Sequence record: OR699282.2
Reading direction: 5' to 3' (one strand)
DNA: 64,000 nucleotides
Source: Escherichia phage BAU.Micro_ELP-22
Of the stretch, positions 30,244-40,220 are shown piece after piece. Under the pieces are notes generated by a model that did not search any database, had not been told where the DNA came from, and worked only from the letters and a program-made list of their open reading frames with translations. The position numbers were made by a program, and so were the translations under genes. Position 1 is the first letter of the stretch, and the number at the start of each line of letters is the position of its first letter.

Positions 30244-31140
30244 TTACTTACCAGAGATTACAATCTTACCACTGAAAGAAATATCAGAAGTGAAGATTAC
30301 ATCACCAGTACTACTAATTTGTGTATCAGTCACTACCAATTCAAATGGAGATGACGCAACACTCCCAGGTGTTTTATTTGCATAAATTGAAATATACAAA
30401 TTATCTGGTGTTTGATTGTGTTCAGATGCAGGAATAGTGATTGTAAAATCACCAGCACTAGAAACCCAATCTGCTTGGTTTACCAATTTACTATAAGGTA
30501 CTGTCATTGTTGTTGCTCCTATAATGTTTACTTTAACACTTGCATAATCTGTGATTTGACCAATCACATCAATTGTTATATCCCCAATACCACTAACTGT
30601 TACTGTGGTTTGGAATACTGATTCCAATGCAACATTACCTGGGTCACCTTGTAGTTGGATCATAATATCAGAACCTCTACCATGAACTGATTCTGGTAGT
30701 GTGTAAGTATAATGATCAGTAGTATCTGGTACTAATGTAAATGCAGAAACAGGAACTATTTCAGTAGTTACATATGAACTATCAGTCCCAGGTGAGCTAC
30801 CTTTAAATGGTTTCCAAATACCAAGATCTTTAATATAAATTTGAAGAACATTAGTACTATCAACCAAAAAGTAAACGTCACCATCTAGACCGATTGAATC
30901 GGATGGTGCTGTTGTTCCACGTAAGATACCAGAACTACCACCACCACTGTGTGCGTTTAAATATCCCAATGTAACCAAGTGTGTGTTTGCAGTTGGTTCA
31001 CCTGCTGAAATTGGAAGAAGTTGTGTTCCTGAGTAGTTTTGAATTTGCACAACACTACCATTTGTGGTAATCTGTGCACCATTCTTCCCAAGAATGAAGG
31101 ACTTCTTCATGGTTCCTTCTAAATTAGAAAAAACTGCCAT
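30244..31140 (-). CDS. receptor-binding protein (short) sharing an N-terminal domain with the adjacent tailspike
   Basis: N-terminus MAVFSNLEGTMKKSFILGKNGAQI... parallels MAVFSNFEGTMQPKFILGKKGASI... of 31157-33298. Confidence 0.5.
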   Translation of the reverse strand: MAVFSNLEGTMKKSFILGKNGAQITTNGSVVQIQNYSGTQLLPISAGEPTANTHLVTLGYLNAHSGGGSSGILRGTTAPSDSIGLDGDVYFLVDSTNVLQIYIKDLGIWKPFKGSSPGTDSSYVTTEIVPVSAFTLVPDTTDHYTYTLPESVHGRGSDIMIQLQGDPGNVALESVFQTTVTVSGIGDITIDVIGQITDYASVKVNIIGATTMTVPYSKLVNQADWVSSAGDFTITIPASEHNQTPDNLYISIYANKTPGSVASSPFELVVTDTQISSTGDVIFTSDISFSGKIVISGK

Positions 31141-31156
31141 TTTAATATAATCTCCT

Positions 31157-33298
31157 TTATGGTAGGGTTATGTAAGTTACGGGTTGGGCAGCTTTTAATG
31201 CTGCACCAGCGGCAGTTGCTGTTATGATAGGATCTGCAATATCAATTCTATATACGTTGTTTACAACATACACTGCACGAGTTATATACGTTCTCAAATC
31301 ACCACCATTTTCACCAGCACCGGATATAATGATCTCAGTACCAGCAGCTTTTGCATATTGGTTTTCACCCCATGACACACCCAATGCTTCTATGTATGTT
31401 TGTCCTACTACCGTTTGTCTAATTGTGTCATATTTTCCGAAAAAAGAACCACCAACAGTTACAATATATTTTCCACCCGATTGTTTATGAATAATCGTGC
31501 CTTCAGAGAAATAGCGTCCCCCAGGAAAAGTATCGTATGGAATATAATATTGCTCAACTACAGGTATCAGTACTGGGCCACGGTGACCTGTACCATCGAT
31601 TGCAGTTGTAACTTTAAAGTTATTAGATGATTGGTCTATTCTGTCTACATACATTTTAGAAAAACTATATTTTGAAACATTACAATCATCTTGAACAACA
31701 CAGTTAGTCCAATTAGTATAAGTATATTTAGAGCGAGTATAGATACCACCACCTTCGCCTTCGGTAGAGAGGTGTTGACCAATTACATCTAATTCTTTAG
31801 TTCTAATATCACTAAATTTAGATGATGATGGCAAACCACGCCAAAGGATTTTAGAACAGGTGATATTGCTCAATTCTGTATTATTTAACCAATTATCAGA
31901 ACCGGAAGTATAAACAAGTATAGAAGACTCTGGAATATAGAGATTAGAAATTTTAAAGTTTCTAGGTGGTCCAGCAAAACGACCAGAAGTTACACCCCAG
32001 TTTATTGAAACCATTCTATTTGTGATAGAAGGATCATTAAGCAAATGACCAGTCAACCCATCAATAATGAATTCTTTCGAACCATAAGTTATAACACCAG
32101 CAGTGGTTAATCCAGTACCAACAGAAACTAAAGATGATGGATAAACTTCATTATTAAGTATTTTAAAGTCCATTCCTAATTCAACGTGGATACATTGTCT
32201 AACATTATATAGTCTGTTATTTTTAATAACAAAGTTTCTGACATATTGTGTATCTGGTGCATCTAAACCATAAGGTCCAGAACCAGCAACGCCAATACCA
32301 ATACCCCAGTTTGAAAGTGGGATTGGAGCGTTAGAACCATCAACGTTTTCAATTACGTTTCCTTCAATCACAAAACCATCAGGATAATGTGAGTTAATTA
32401 CGTTTAGTTCAATTGCATCACCATAGATATCATGAATATGGTTATATGAATATCTACCAACCTTCATTTTCTCACCAGTACCTTGTTGAAGAACACCATA
32501 CTTACATTGGGTCATTTCATTAAAGCAAAAATCTATTGTTCCTGGTTGTGTCATACCTTGCATTAAAAATGCAGCAGTACTTGTGATGTTTATAAATTTA
32601 TTAAAATAAAACTTACCATCTCCACCGAAGAATTTTAAATAACATCCAGTAAGTGTTGCAAATTGTATTTGGGAATTAATAACGGATACCATAGTACCAC
32701 CATTACCAGTAATAGTTCCCCCAAACCAAGTTACATCTTCCAGGTATATTGCAGTTTTGATACGGTAATTACCACCAGCCTGAATTTGGATTTTATTTTC
32801 TTTAGCATAAGCAGCACATAAATTTACAGCAGCAGTGTCATCAGTTTCGCCATCACCTTTAGCACCAAATTCTTCTGGTGTTATATAAAACTGTGCCTGT
32901 TGAACTGTACCTCCAGTAATAAGTCCGATGAAATCTCCACCATTTTTACTGGATAGAACTTTTTTATTAATGTATAATGATTTTACCCATGTACCATTGC
33001 TTTTTGCAAAAATATCAACAATACCATCTTCATCAATTTGAAAATACGTATTATTGTTCTTTCCTATATCATCTGTAGGTGGTACAACACCAAATAATGC
33101 ATTAGGGTTATCTTCAAGATATTTTACGTTAACTGCTGAATTAGGGTCAGATGAAGTTCCTACCTTCAGTGGTAGGAACTGTTCTCCTAGATAATCTTTT
33201 ATAGAAACTGAATCATTGATAAAATTTATTGAAGCACCTTTTTTCCCCAATATGAATTTGGGCTGCATAGTTCCTTCAAAATTAGAAAATACTGCCAT
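31157..33298 (-). CDS. tailspike with a pectate-lyase-fold polysaccharide depolymerase domain
   Basis: Signature EEFGAKGDGETDDTAAV typical of right-handed beta-helix glycanases; N-terminal domain shared with the neighbour. Confidence 0.7.
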   Translation of the reverse strand: MAVFSNFEGTMQPKFILGKKGASINFINDSVSIKDYLGEQFLPLKVGTSSDPNSAVNVKYLEDNPNALFGVVPPTDDIGKNNNTYFQIDEDGIVDIFAKSNGTWVKSLYINKKVLSSKNGGDFIGLITGGTVQQAQFYITPEEFGAKGDGETDDTAAVNLCAAYAKENKIQIQAGGNYRIKTAIYLEDVTWFGGTITGNGGTMVSVINSQIQFATLTGCYLKFFGGDGKFYFNKFINITSTAAFLMQGMTQPGTIDFCFNEMTQCKYGVLQQGTGEKMKVGRYSYNHIHDIYGDAIELNVINSHYPDGFVIEGNVIENVDGSNAPIPLSNWGIGIGVAGSGPYGLDAPDTQYVRNFVIKNNRLYNVRQCIHVELGMDFKILNNEVYPSSLVSVGTGLTTAGVITYGSKEFIIDGLTGHLLNDPSITNRMVSINWGVTSGRFAGPPRNFKISNLYIPESSILVYTSGSDNWLNNTELSNITCSKILWRGLPSSSKFSDIRTKELDVIGQHLSTEGEGGGIYTRSKYTYTNWTNCVVQDDCNVSKYSFSKMYVDRIDQSSNNFKVTTAIDGTGHRGPVLIPVVEQYYIPYDTFPGGRYFSEGTIIHKQSGGKYIVTVGGSFFGKYDTIRQTVVGQTYIEALGVSWGENQYAKAAGTEIIISGAGENGGDLRTYITRAVYVVNNVYRIDIADPIITATAAGAALKAAQPVTYITLP

Positions 33299-33312
33299 TA
33301 TGACATCCTCCC

Positions 33313-34428
33313 TTAAATATTATCTTGAATCGGTTGGATAGGAGCTTGCCATGAAAGAGTACAAATAATTTCCATTTTTCCATAAGGACTGTTGTTAACA
33401 GAATCGTTGAATACACATGAAATAATTTCATCAACATCGGATGCTGCATGATTAGTTTCATTAACAATAAAACGCATCTGACGATTGATATCAAAGTAGG
33501 AAGTTGGTGCAATTACCGTCCCGCCAATATCTTCTTGTGCTTCACCACCAAAACGTACAAACATATCAGTTACTGGAAGAGAATAAGGTTGTATAACGTT
33601 TACATCAATATTAGAAACTACATATCCAGCAGGACATGTACCAATAACTAATAGTGCGTTAGTCCATGAGCTATCTATGGTATTTCTAATAGAAATTGTA
33701 TCTTTACCTGGTGCACCTGGTTCGCCTTGTATACCTTGAATACCTTGCTGACCTTCTTTACCACGGAATAGAATACCATCACTCCACTCTTTTGAAGGAG
33801 GGGTAGTTGTAGTTACTTCATCAACATAATATAGTTTTCCATCAGTGTTGTTATAAAAACAATAATCAACTGGAAGATTTTCAATACTTGGAAATTGATC
33901 ACCACTGCTATCAATATGGAAACGACCACGCGGACCTTGTTCACCACGGAAAGGTATACCATCACTCCAAGTAGCAGTTACACTTTGATAGAAATAAAGT
34001 TTACCATCTTGAGTATTATAAAATGTATAGTTATTAAAAAGACCAGTTGTTGGGAAAGTAGTTCCAGCACTATCAATGTGGAACGGCTTACCCGCTTCAC
34101 CCGTATCACCTTTACCAAACTCAACACTAATCCATGTACTTGTCGGATCTTGTGCATCATTTGATTTAAAGTATAGAGTACTGGTATTGTTAGCCAAGCT
34201 TAAGTAGCACCACCCAAGTGGTTCACCAACTTTAAATTGTTCGGAAGGAATTTCAAAACCAATCTCATTAGGATAAAAGTTTTTACCATTCTCGCCATTC
34301 TGTCCTACAACAAGACCTAAATCTTGAATTGTGTTATCTGCATAGGTTACAATTAAATGCCCAGCACCATTAATAACTAGACTTTTGATGCCGGAGTTAT
34401 TACATGAACCATTAAATGAAATTGTCAT
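33313..34428 (-). CDS. tail fibre protein with short collagen-like Gly-X-Y runs
   Basis: RGEQGPRG and GKEGQQGIQGIQGEPGAPGKD; ORF-track start 34464 is TTG, first ATG with AAGGGAAA SD at 34428. Confidence 0.5.
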   Translation of the reverse strand: MTISFNGSCNNSGIKSLVINGAGHLIVTYADNTIQDLGLVVGQNGENGKNFYPNEIGFEIPSEQFKVGEPLGWCYLSLANNTSTLYFKSNDAQDPTSTWISVEFGKGDTGEAGKPFHIDSAGTTFPTTGLFNNYTFYNTQDGKLYFYQSVTATWSDGIPFRGEQGPRGRFHIDSSGDQFPSIENLPVDYCFYNNTDGKLYYVDEVTTTTPPSKEWSDGILFRGKEGQQGIQGIQGEPGAPGKDTISIRNTIDSSWTNALLVIGTCPAGYVVSNIDVNVIQPYSLPVTDMFVRFGGEAQEDIGGTVIAPTSYFDINRQMRFIVNETNHAASDVDEIISCVFNDSVNNSPYGKMEIICTLSWQAPIQPIQDNI

Positions 34429-34538
34429 AATATTTCCCTTGTATGAGTTAATGTCATATACCAATATTTATCAGTACAAAATACATTTCGTTATCATTAA
34501 TAAATAAATGAAAGTTCACTACTAAAAGGGCTTAAACA

Positions 34539-35036
34539 ATGGCATTAAGATCAAAAGACTTTCTCTTCAGAAGAAAAACAAAAGATGGTTCATGGCAAGA
34601 TTTTCCTGAATCTGATAGCTGGTATCCAGCTAACTTGGATTATCACTGGAATGAACAAACGTTACCACTCGCAAGTGGTGGCTACTATGGCTGTACTACA
34701 GGTTTACATACTATTTCATTTACACTACGTAATTTTATTGGTAGAATTTATGTATTAGCTACATTAGCTAGTAATCCTACTGATGATGATTGGTTTCCAA
34801 TTAAATTCACTGAAAGTTGTAATTATTATCTTGAATTTACTGATATGGTTATTTTAAATCCAAATGGTGGGGATTTAATTAGACAACAAGGAACTACCGG
34901 AACATTTGCTGAAACAGTAACTGGTAATTTTACTTACCTTAAAGTTGGTATAGACCGTGATTATATTAGTAAGTATCCATCAGATGTCCAAAAAAGTTTA
35001 GCTGGGAAGTTAGAACAAATTTTAATTAACTACTAA
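34539..35036 (+). CDS. hypothetical protein
   Basis: ATG start, divergent from the fibre block. Confidence 0.4.
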   Translation: MALRSKDFLFRRKTKDGSWQDFPESDSWYPANLDYHWNEQTLPLASGGYYGCTTGLHTISFTLRNFIGRIYVLATLASNPTDDDWFPIKFTESCNYYLEFTDMVILNPNGGDLIRQQGTTGTFAETVTGNFTYLKVGIDRDYISKYPSDVQKSLAGKLEQILINY

Positions 35037-35045
35037 GGATTAGAA

Positions 35046-35654
35046 ATGAAATTAGAAACAGAACAACCAAAACTATTTGTTAAAGGTCATGTCCTAATTA
35101 CTGACGTTACTGATCCATCAAATCAAAAAATCGTTTTAGATAAATCTAACGCTATTCACCCTGAAAATATGAGTACTGCCATTGCTAATGCGTTAGCATA
35201 TAATCAAGACAGTACTGGTATTCCTATTGGTTCTATTAGCGAGATGCGTTTTGGTAATGGTGGTACAGTAGTTTTAAGTACTGGTCGTGTTACTTATAAA
35301 AAACCACGTGTTACATCATTCGGTGGTTTGTATTCACAAACATATTTGAAAAAAATCAACCCACGAATTACGGCAGGTATTGATTCACAATACAATAATA
35401 TTACAACTGTACATATACCAGGACAGTCCTATACTGATATTGTATGTATTTGTACTCTAGGGTTAGGTGAACCATCCGACCAAGGTGTAAGCTCAGGGAC
35501 AAGCATGGATGGAACTTATGTATTTGATGAATTGGGATTGTACACGGATGGCGATAGTGGTATTCCTTTAACCCATATCATTTTTCACCCAGTTGAGAAA
35601 AGTGCAAACCGTGTCTTACAAATTAAATACACAGTTCGTGTACAATTACAATAA
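35046..35654 (+). CDS. hypothetical protein (possible baseplate or fibre accessory)
   Basis: ATG start; position only. Confidence 0.4.
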   Translation: MKLETEQPKLFVKGHVLITDVTDPSNQKIVLDKSNAIHPENMSTAIANALAYNQDSTGIPIGSISEMRFGNGGTVVLSTGRVTYKKPRVTSFGGLYSQTYLKKINPRITAGIDSQYNNITTVHIPGQSYTDIVCICTLGLGEPSDQGVSSGTSMDGTYVFDELGLYTDGDSGIPLTHIIFHPVEKSANRVLQIKYTVRVQLQ

Positions 35655-35666
35655 TGGGGACATATA

Positions 35667-36767
35667 ATGAGTGTTAATTATACAATTTATAGAAGTAATG
35701 GTAGTGTTTATGCTACCATTCCAAATAATGTTATTTTAGGACCAAACCAACCCGGAAGTAACCCAGTTCCGTTAAATTTAGTTGGTAGAAATAAAGTAAG
35801 TTACGGTCAAGCATGGAATGAAAACTTTTTACATTTAGTTGAAAATTTCAGTTCAGCATCTGCACCACGTGGCAACGTCAATGGTCAACTTTGGTATAGA
35901 AACACTGGTAGTACTGGTGAGTTATTGATATCATTAGTTGATAATGCTAGACAACCTGCTGATATGGTAAGTGAAGCTGAATGGGCGTCTATCCCTATGA
36001 TTACTGTTTTTAACACAGTACCTGATGGTGAAAATAGTGTTATGGGTCGTATGGTATTAACTAGTAACGGTGATTCTCTTCGTGTGTTAATGAAAAACAA
36101 AGAATGGCGTGAAATTCAAACATCTAGACCAGAAAACAAAGAGTATTCATCATTATTAGATATTAACTATGATAATGGTAAAAAATATATAGAGTTCACA
36201 CAAAGTAATAGTACTAAACCGATTGCGTATTTTAACTTAGGTGGTACTTCACAAGTAGATACAAATAACTGGACAACATTAACTAATGGTACTGGTGTCT
36301 TTGAATTTGGTAGCAACTATTTCTATGAATTAAAAATTATGATTAGAGAAGTAAATGATTCTTCTGGTGAGATAGTTTCTCTTCCATACAATTCCAAAAC
36401 CTTTTTTATAAAAGGGCAATTTTATGTAGATAATCAAGGAACTTTTGTTCCTGGTTCGGTGGGGGCAAGTCAAATGCCAGACCCACGTAGGATTACACAA
36501 TTAGAATCCATTAAAGATGTTATTACCAGTAGTCGCCCAAACTGGGACGTAAATATTGTTATTAATGGTGTAGATCCATCTATCCCAAATCCTAATGGAA
36601 CATCTAAAGCTGATTATGAAAATTGGGTTATCAATTCTCTAAACTCAAATAAAAATTTAGGTTTTCGAGTTGATGGTAGTATTAGTAATCTAACTGCTGG
36701 TGAATCCGTTAAACTACAAGCATCCGTGTTGTTAAATATTACAGGTATTCCGATTATTGGAGTATAA
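35667..36767 (+). CDS. hypothetical protein
   Basis: ATG start; no motif. Confidence 0.4.
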   Translation: MSVNYTIYRSNGSVYATIPNNVILGPNQPGSNPVPLNLVGRNKVSYGQAWNENFLHLVENFSSASAPRGNVNGQLWYRNTGSTGELLISLVDNARQPADMVSEAEWASIPMITVFNTVPDGENSVMGRMVLTSNGDSLRVLMKNKEWREIQTSRPENKEYSSLLDINYDNGKKYIEFTQSNSTKPIAYFNLGGTSQVDTNNWTTLTNGTGVFEFGSNYFYELKIMIREVNDSSGEIVSLPYNSKTFFIKGQFYVDNQGTFVPGSVGASQMPDPRRITQLESIKDVITSSRPNWDVNIVINGVDPSIPNPNGTSKADYENWVINSLNSNKNLGFRVDGSISNLTAGESVKLQASVLLNITGIPIIGV

Positions 36768-36800
36768 AAAAAAAGGAGCCACACGGCTCCTTTTTGTTTT
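36766..36800. terminator. bidirectional rho-independent terminator
   Basis: AAAAAAAA-GGAGCC-acac-GGCTCC-TTTTTGTTTT between convergent genes. Confidence 0.7.
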
Positions 36801-37263
36801 AATATCTATATGGTAAACTGTTGACAAACTGTGTACCTTCACGTATACTTTCCCATAGTGAGTAAAAATCTTTCATTAAGTTTGTGTTAAGTAAAGTATT
36901 TTTAGCACCAGGGTGTAATGGTTTAGGCCAAGAACCAATTCTAACCCAAGCATAACCAGAGCTTTCATGATTTAAAGTTGGTACAAATTCATTCTCAACT
37001 ACAATAACAAATGAATAATATTTAAATTTACCATTTTTTGTACAAAATACATCAAACGGTATAATATCAATAATGTTAGGTATTGAGTTGCCCAACTCTT
37101 CTTTAATTTCTCTCATCAGACCTTGTAGTGGTGTTTCGTTATGTTCAAGCTTTCCACCAACAAATGCCCAGTTGTTAGAATAGGTACTTCTTTCAGAACG
37201 CAAGTTTAACATCATATGTCCAGTACTTTTTGATAAAAATATAGCACCAACCGCTTCATTCAT
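36799..37263 (-). CDS. Nudix hydrolase
   Basis: Canonical Nudix box GGKLEHNETPLQGLMREIKEELG (Gx5Ex7REUxEExGU); AGGAGG SD. Confidence 0.8.
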   Translation of the reverse strand: MNEAVGAIFLSKSTGHMMLNLRSERSTYSNNWAFVGGKLEHNETPLQGLMREIKEELGNSIPNIIDIIPFDVFCTKNGKFKYYSFVIVVENEFVPTLNHESSGYAWVRIGSWPKPLHPGAKNTLLNTNLMKDFYSLWESIREGTQFVNSLPYRY

Positions 37264-37276
37264 AACAACACCTCCT

Positions 37277-38620
37277 TTATTTGTCAGTGAAAGTTATTTT
37301 CCAATATCCCTGACGATACACAGGCATGATACTTTTATGCCATTTAAATTTGTCATTATATCTATAATAACCATTGTCTTCTTTATTATAAATGTAATTT
37401 CGTACAGTAGATGGTTCAATTAATTGTGCACCGTCATTTGTAATTTTAAACAAATAATTTGATGGGATTTCGGTTTCTTTATAAATGATGTTATGTATAC
37501 TGTTATTTACATAATATTGTTCAGGTAATGCACTTGAAAGTACTGAATCTTTCTGCACAAACCCATGTATAGTGTAATCAACAGTATAATTGGTATTATC
37601 AAGCTGTACTATAATTTTGTTGGCATCTTCATTTTCACCATACGACGCTATATGACCTTTTAGTGGGTTGTCTTCTTCAATAGATTGTTGAAATTTAATC
37701 CCTACTTTTTTGTCATCAAAATTTGGTTCTAGATATTTAAGATATTTTTCCCATGAATATATTCCACCGTTGGGAGAAACCGCAGATAGCGATTGGCTAA
37801 CCAAGGTAAGTTGGTATGTATCAGGTAAATTATACTTGGAATTAGTAATTTCTTCAACTTTAATGCATAAATTCTTGGGTGTAAAAACATCTGTTATTAT
37901 ATCTGAATAATTTCCCATTTCAAAATCAAATTCGTCACGAGCACCTTTAATATTTGTAGTAATCTGTTGGATTAATTTGGGTTTTTCAACAATAGCTGGT
38001 AAAGAAAACCATATTGTCGTTTCAAATGTTAAAACCATTATATCCAAATCTGGGTCAGTTCCTTGTGGAAAACCACGAGTAGAAAACTGACAATCTATTA
38101 GTTCAACATCACTAAGCGATGTCCAATCTAACGGGTTATCAGATAATTGAAGTTGTATACTAGGTGCAAACAAAGTTGAGATTTGTTCGAATAATTCCAT
38201 TTTAGTTTGAGTTTGAGTTACCCAAATATTCAAATCAAACGTAAAAGTCCAAGGTACTGGGTTATGTCTTACAATTTTGTATTGTGTGTCAAGATCTTTT
38301 GTGTACTCATTAATAGCAGGGGACTTGTTAGACCCCATTACTATAGTTTCGTTGGCATTAGAACGAATATTTTTACGATCCAACTTTAGTTGATTAACAC
38401 TTATGGTCATTATAGGTGCTGATGGGAGAACATTTTCACTATTCCCATTTATAATTGCTGCTGCCATTCTTGAAATATCGGCATAGCGACATGGAACCTT
38501 TTTGTATTTTGGGTTTCCATTAGCATCAATACCATTTTGTACTTGAAATTCACCAAAAACTCTGATAAGATGTTTCAGTACTCTGCGAAATTGACCGTCA
38601 TAATAATAATCTATTTTCAT
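37277..38620 (-). CDS. hypothetical protein
   Basis: ATG start overlaps the upstream stop (ATGA). Confidence 0.45.
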   Translation of the reverse strand: MKIDYYYDGQFRRVLKHLIRVFGEFQVQNGIDANGNPKYKKVPCRYADISRMAAAIINGNSENVLPSAPIMTISVNQLKLDRKNIRSNANETIVMGSNKSPAINEYTKDLDTQYKIVRHNPVPWTFTFDLNIWVTQTQTKMELFEQISTLFAPSIQLQLSDNPLDWTSLSDVELIDCQFSTRGFPQGTDPDLDIMVLTFETTIWFSLPAIVEKPKLIQQITTNIKGARDEFDFEMGNYSDIITDVFTPKNLCIKVEEITNSKYNLPDTYQLTLVSQSLSAVSPNGGIYSWEKYLKYLEPNFDDKKVGIKFQQSIEEDNPLKGHIASYGENEDANKIIVQLDNTNYTVDYTIHGFVQKDSVLSSALPEQYYVNNSIHNIIYKETEIPSNYLFKITNDGAQLIEPSTVRNYIYNKEDNGYYRYNDKFKWHKSIMPVYRQGYWKITFTDK

Positions 38621-40110
38621 TCTGTGTCCTTATGTATGCGATAAACAGTATTAGGCTTAACTGCGTCATGTAATGGAACTTTGTTATCACTATTTACAAA
38701 CTGTGTAAGTGCTAAGTCTGCACCTTCCCACGGTTTTCTTCCACCATAATCAAAAATAACCCATGAATTCTTAGTTGCATTGAATTCCCATAACGTAACT
38801 GGAGTATAATCGGTGCGATAGAAATAGTCACCATCTACTGCATCAGTTGGGAACATATTTCCTTCAGGGACTGTACCTCGTGCTGGTGGAATTTTAGGAC
38901 GATAATCTTGTTGCGAATCAATATTACCATATACACAATTGGACGTGAATGGTTCATTGACATAAGTTACCTTTGGTTCCCCCCACTTGTCATCATTATA
39001 CTGATAAATGTGTGGTTCTTTATAAAAAATACAAAAATCTTCCACATCTTCTGGTGGAACATCACTGGTAGTATATTCTACATCACAATTTAACCATTTT
39101 TTAGCACTTTTATCATATTGATACAACGTATAACCTGTCACATCTGCGTCATTTTCTTTAAAGAAGAAGTCACCATCCATTGGTTTTCTGGGAAAGATGG
39201 TTCCACGCTTGACTTCCACAGAAATCCATGTATCATTAACAAACTCTTTGAGTACTGGGTATGTTTTTTTCAAAAAATACATTCCATTGGCAGGTTCTTC
39301 TGGAAAATCATAACCGTTAAGCATATATTTTGATAAATCTACTGTATCAGGTCGATCATCATACAAATGTTCATTTGTATAATGAATATAGGGTACTTCA
39401 TCATCAGCTTGCATGATGATACGGTTCATGATATCCATTTCATTGCCATAGTTACTGTTTTCCGACGAACCATCATCGGTATTTCCATTACCATTATTAG
39501 GGTCATCTGGATTATCAGGATAATTATTGTTACCGAGTAAATCGGAGTACTCAGGTGAGTCGGTTAGCGGTTTAACTCTAAGTTTATAAATGTGATGTTG
39601 CCACGTAACCGAGTATCCCTCAGATGTACGAAATGCATCTTGGACGACATAGAAGCGGTTTAGACCTGTATCTTTACCCAATACATCAAAATCACGTAAA
39701 TTTGGTAGTTCTATCACATCCCCTGGCATGATTTTTCTACCTAAACGCTGCATCATTGTATTATAATGGATTGTGATGTCCATAGTGTTGAAATTAAAGA
39801 ACAATCCTGGGATTTTCAAGTCTGGAGTTGCTTCTTGAACTTGATAGACACAACTAAGTGTGATAGCTTCAAGGTTGTAGTTTCTGTTTGGTGTGTCACC
39901 AAAAATTAAATCGCCAATACTTGACACAACTGATCCTGAAGATGTATAATCACCTCCATAGGATAAGTCAGTGTTGTCAGCAACTTGTTTTGGACCGACA
40001 TATGCATAAAGCCACATGTCAACTCCACCAATGTTGTATTGTTCAGCAATGGCAGAATCAATGAACTTGTAATCATTGGTTCTACCTTTTTTCCACATTC
40101 TATATGTCAT
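38617..40110 (-). CDS. hypothetical protein
   Basis: ORF-track start 40122 is TTG; first ATG with GGAGA SD at 40110; D/N/G-rich low-complexity segment. Confidence 0.45.
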   Translation of the reverse strand: MTYRMWKKGRTNDYKFIDSAIAEQYNIGGVDMWLYAYVGPKQVADNTDLSYGGDYTSSGSVVSSIGDLIFGDTPNRNYNLEAITLSCVYQVQEATPDLKIPGLFFNFNTMDITIHYNTMMQRLGRKIMPGDVIELPNLRDFDVLGKDTGLNRFYVVQDAFRTSEGYSVTWQHHIYKLRVKPLTDSPEYSDLLGNNNYPDNPDDPNNGNGNTDDGSSENSNYGNEMDIMNRIIMQADDEVPYIHYTNEHLYDDRPDTVDLSKYMLNGYDFPEEPANGMYFLKKTYPVLKEFVNDTWISVEVKRGTIFPRKPMDGDFFFKENDADVTGYTLYQYDKSAKKWLNCDVEYTTSDVPPEDVEDFCIFYKEPHIYQYNDDKWGEPKVTYVNEPFTSNCVYGNIDSQQDYRPKIPPARGTVPEGNMFPTDAVDGDYFYRTDYTPVTLWEFNATKNSWVIFDYGGRKPWEGADLALTQFVNSDNKVPLHDAVKPNTVYRIHKDTE

Positions 40111-40152
40111 GATTGTCTCCAAAATAAATCGGGTATATCTTTATTTACCTTG

Positions 40153-40180
40153 TAGACAAACCGTAAGAATGTGATATAAT
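40153..40180 (+). promoter_or_regulatory. sigma70-type promoter (TAGACA, 16 nt, TGaTATAAT)
   Basis: -35-like 40153-40158; TG 40172-40173; TATAAT 40175-40180. Confidence 0.55.
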
Positions 40181-40220
40181 GTTTATTAATTAGAGTGACG
40201 TGAATCACATAGGAGAATAC

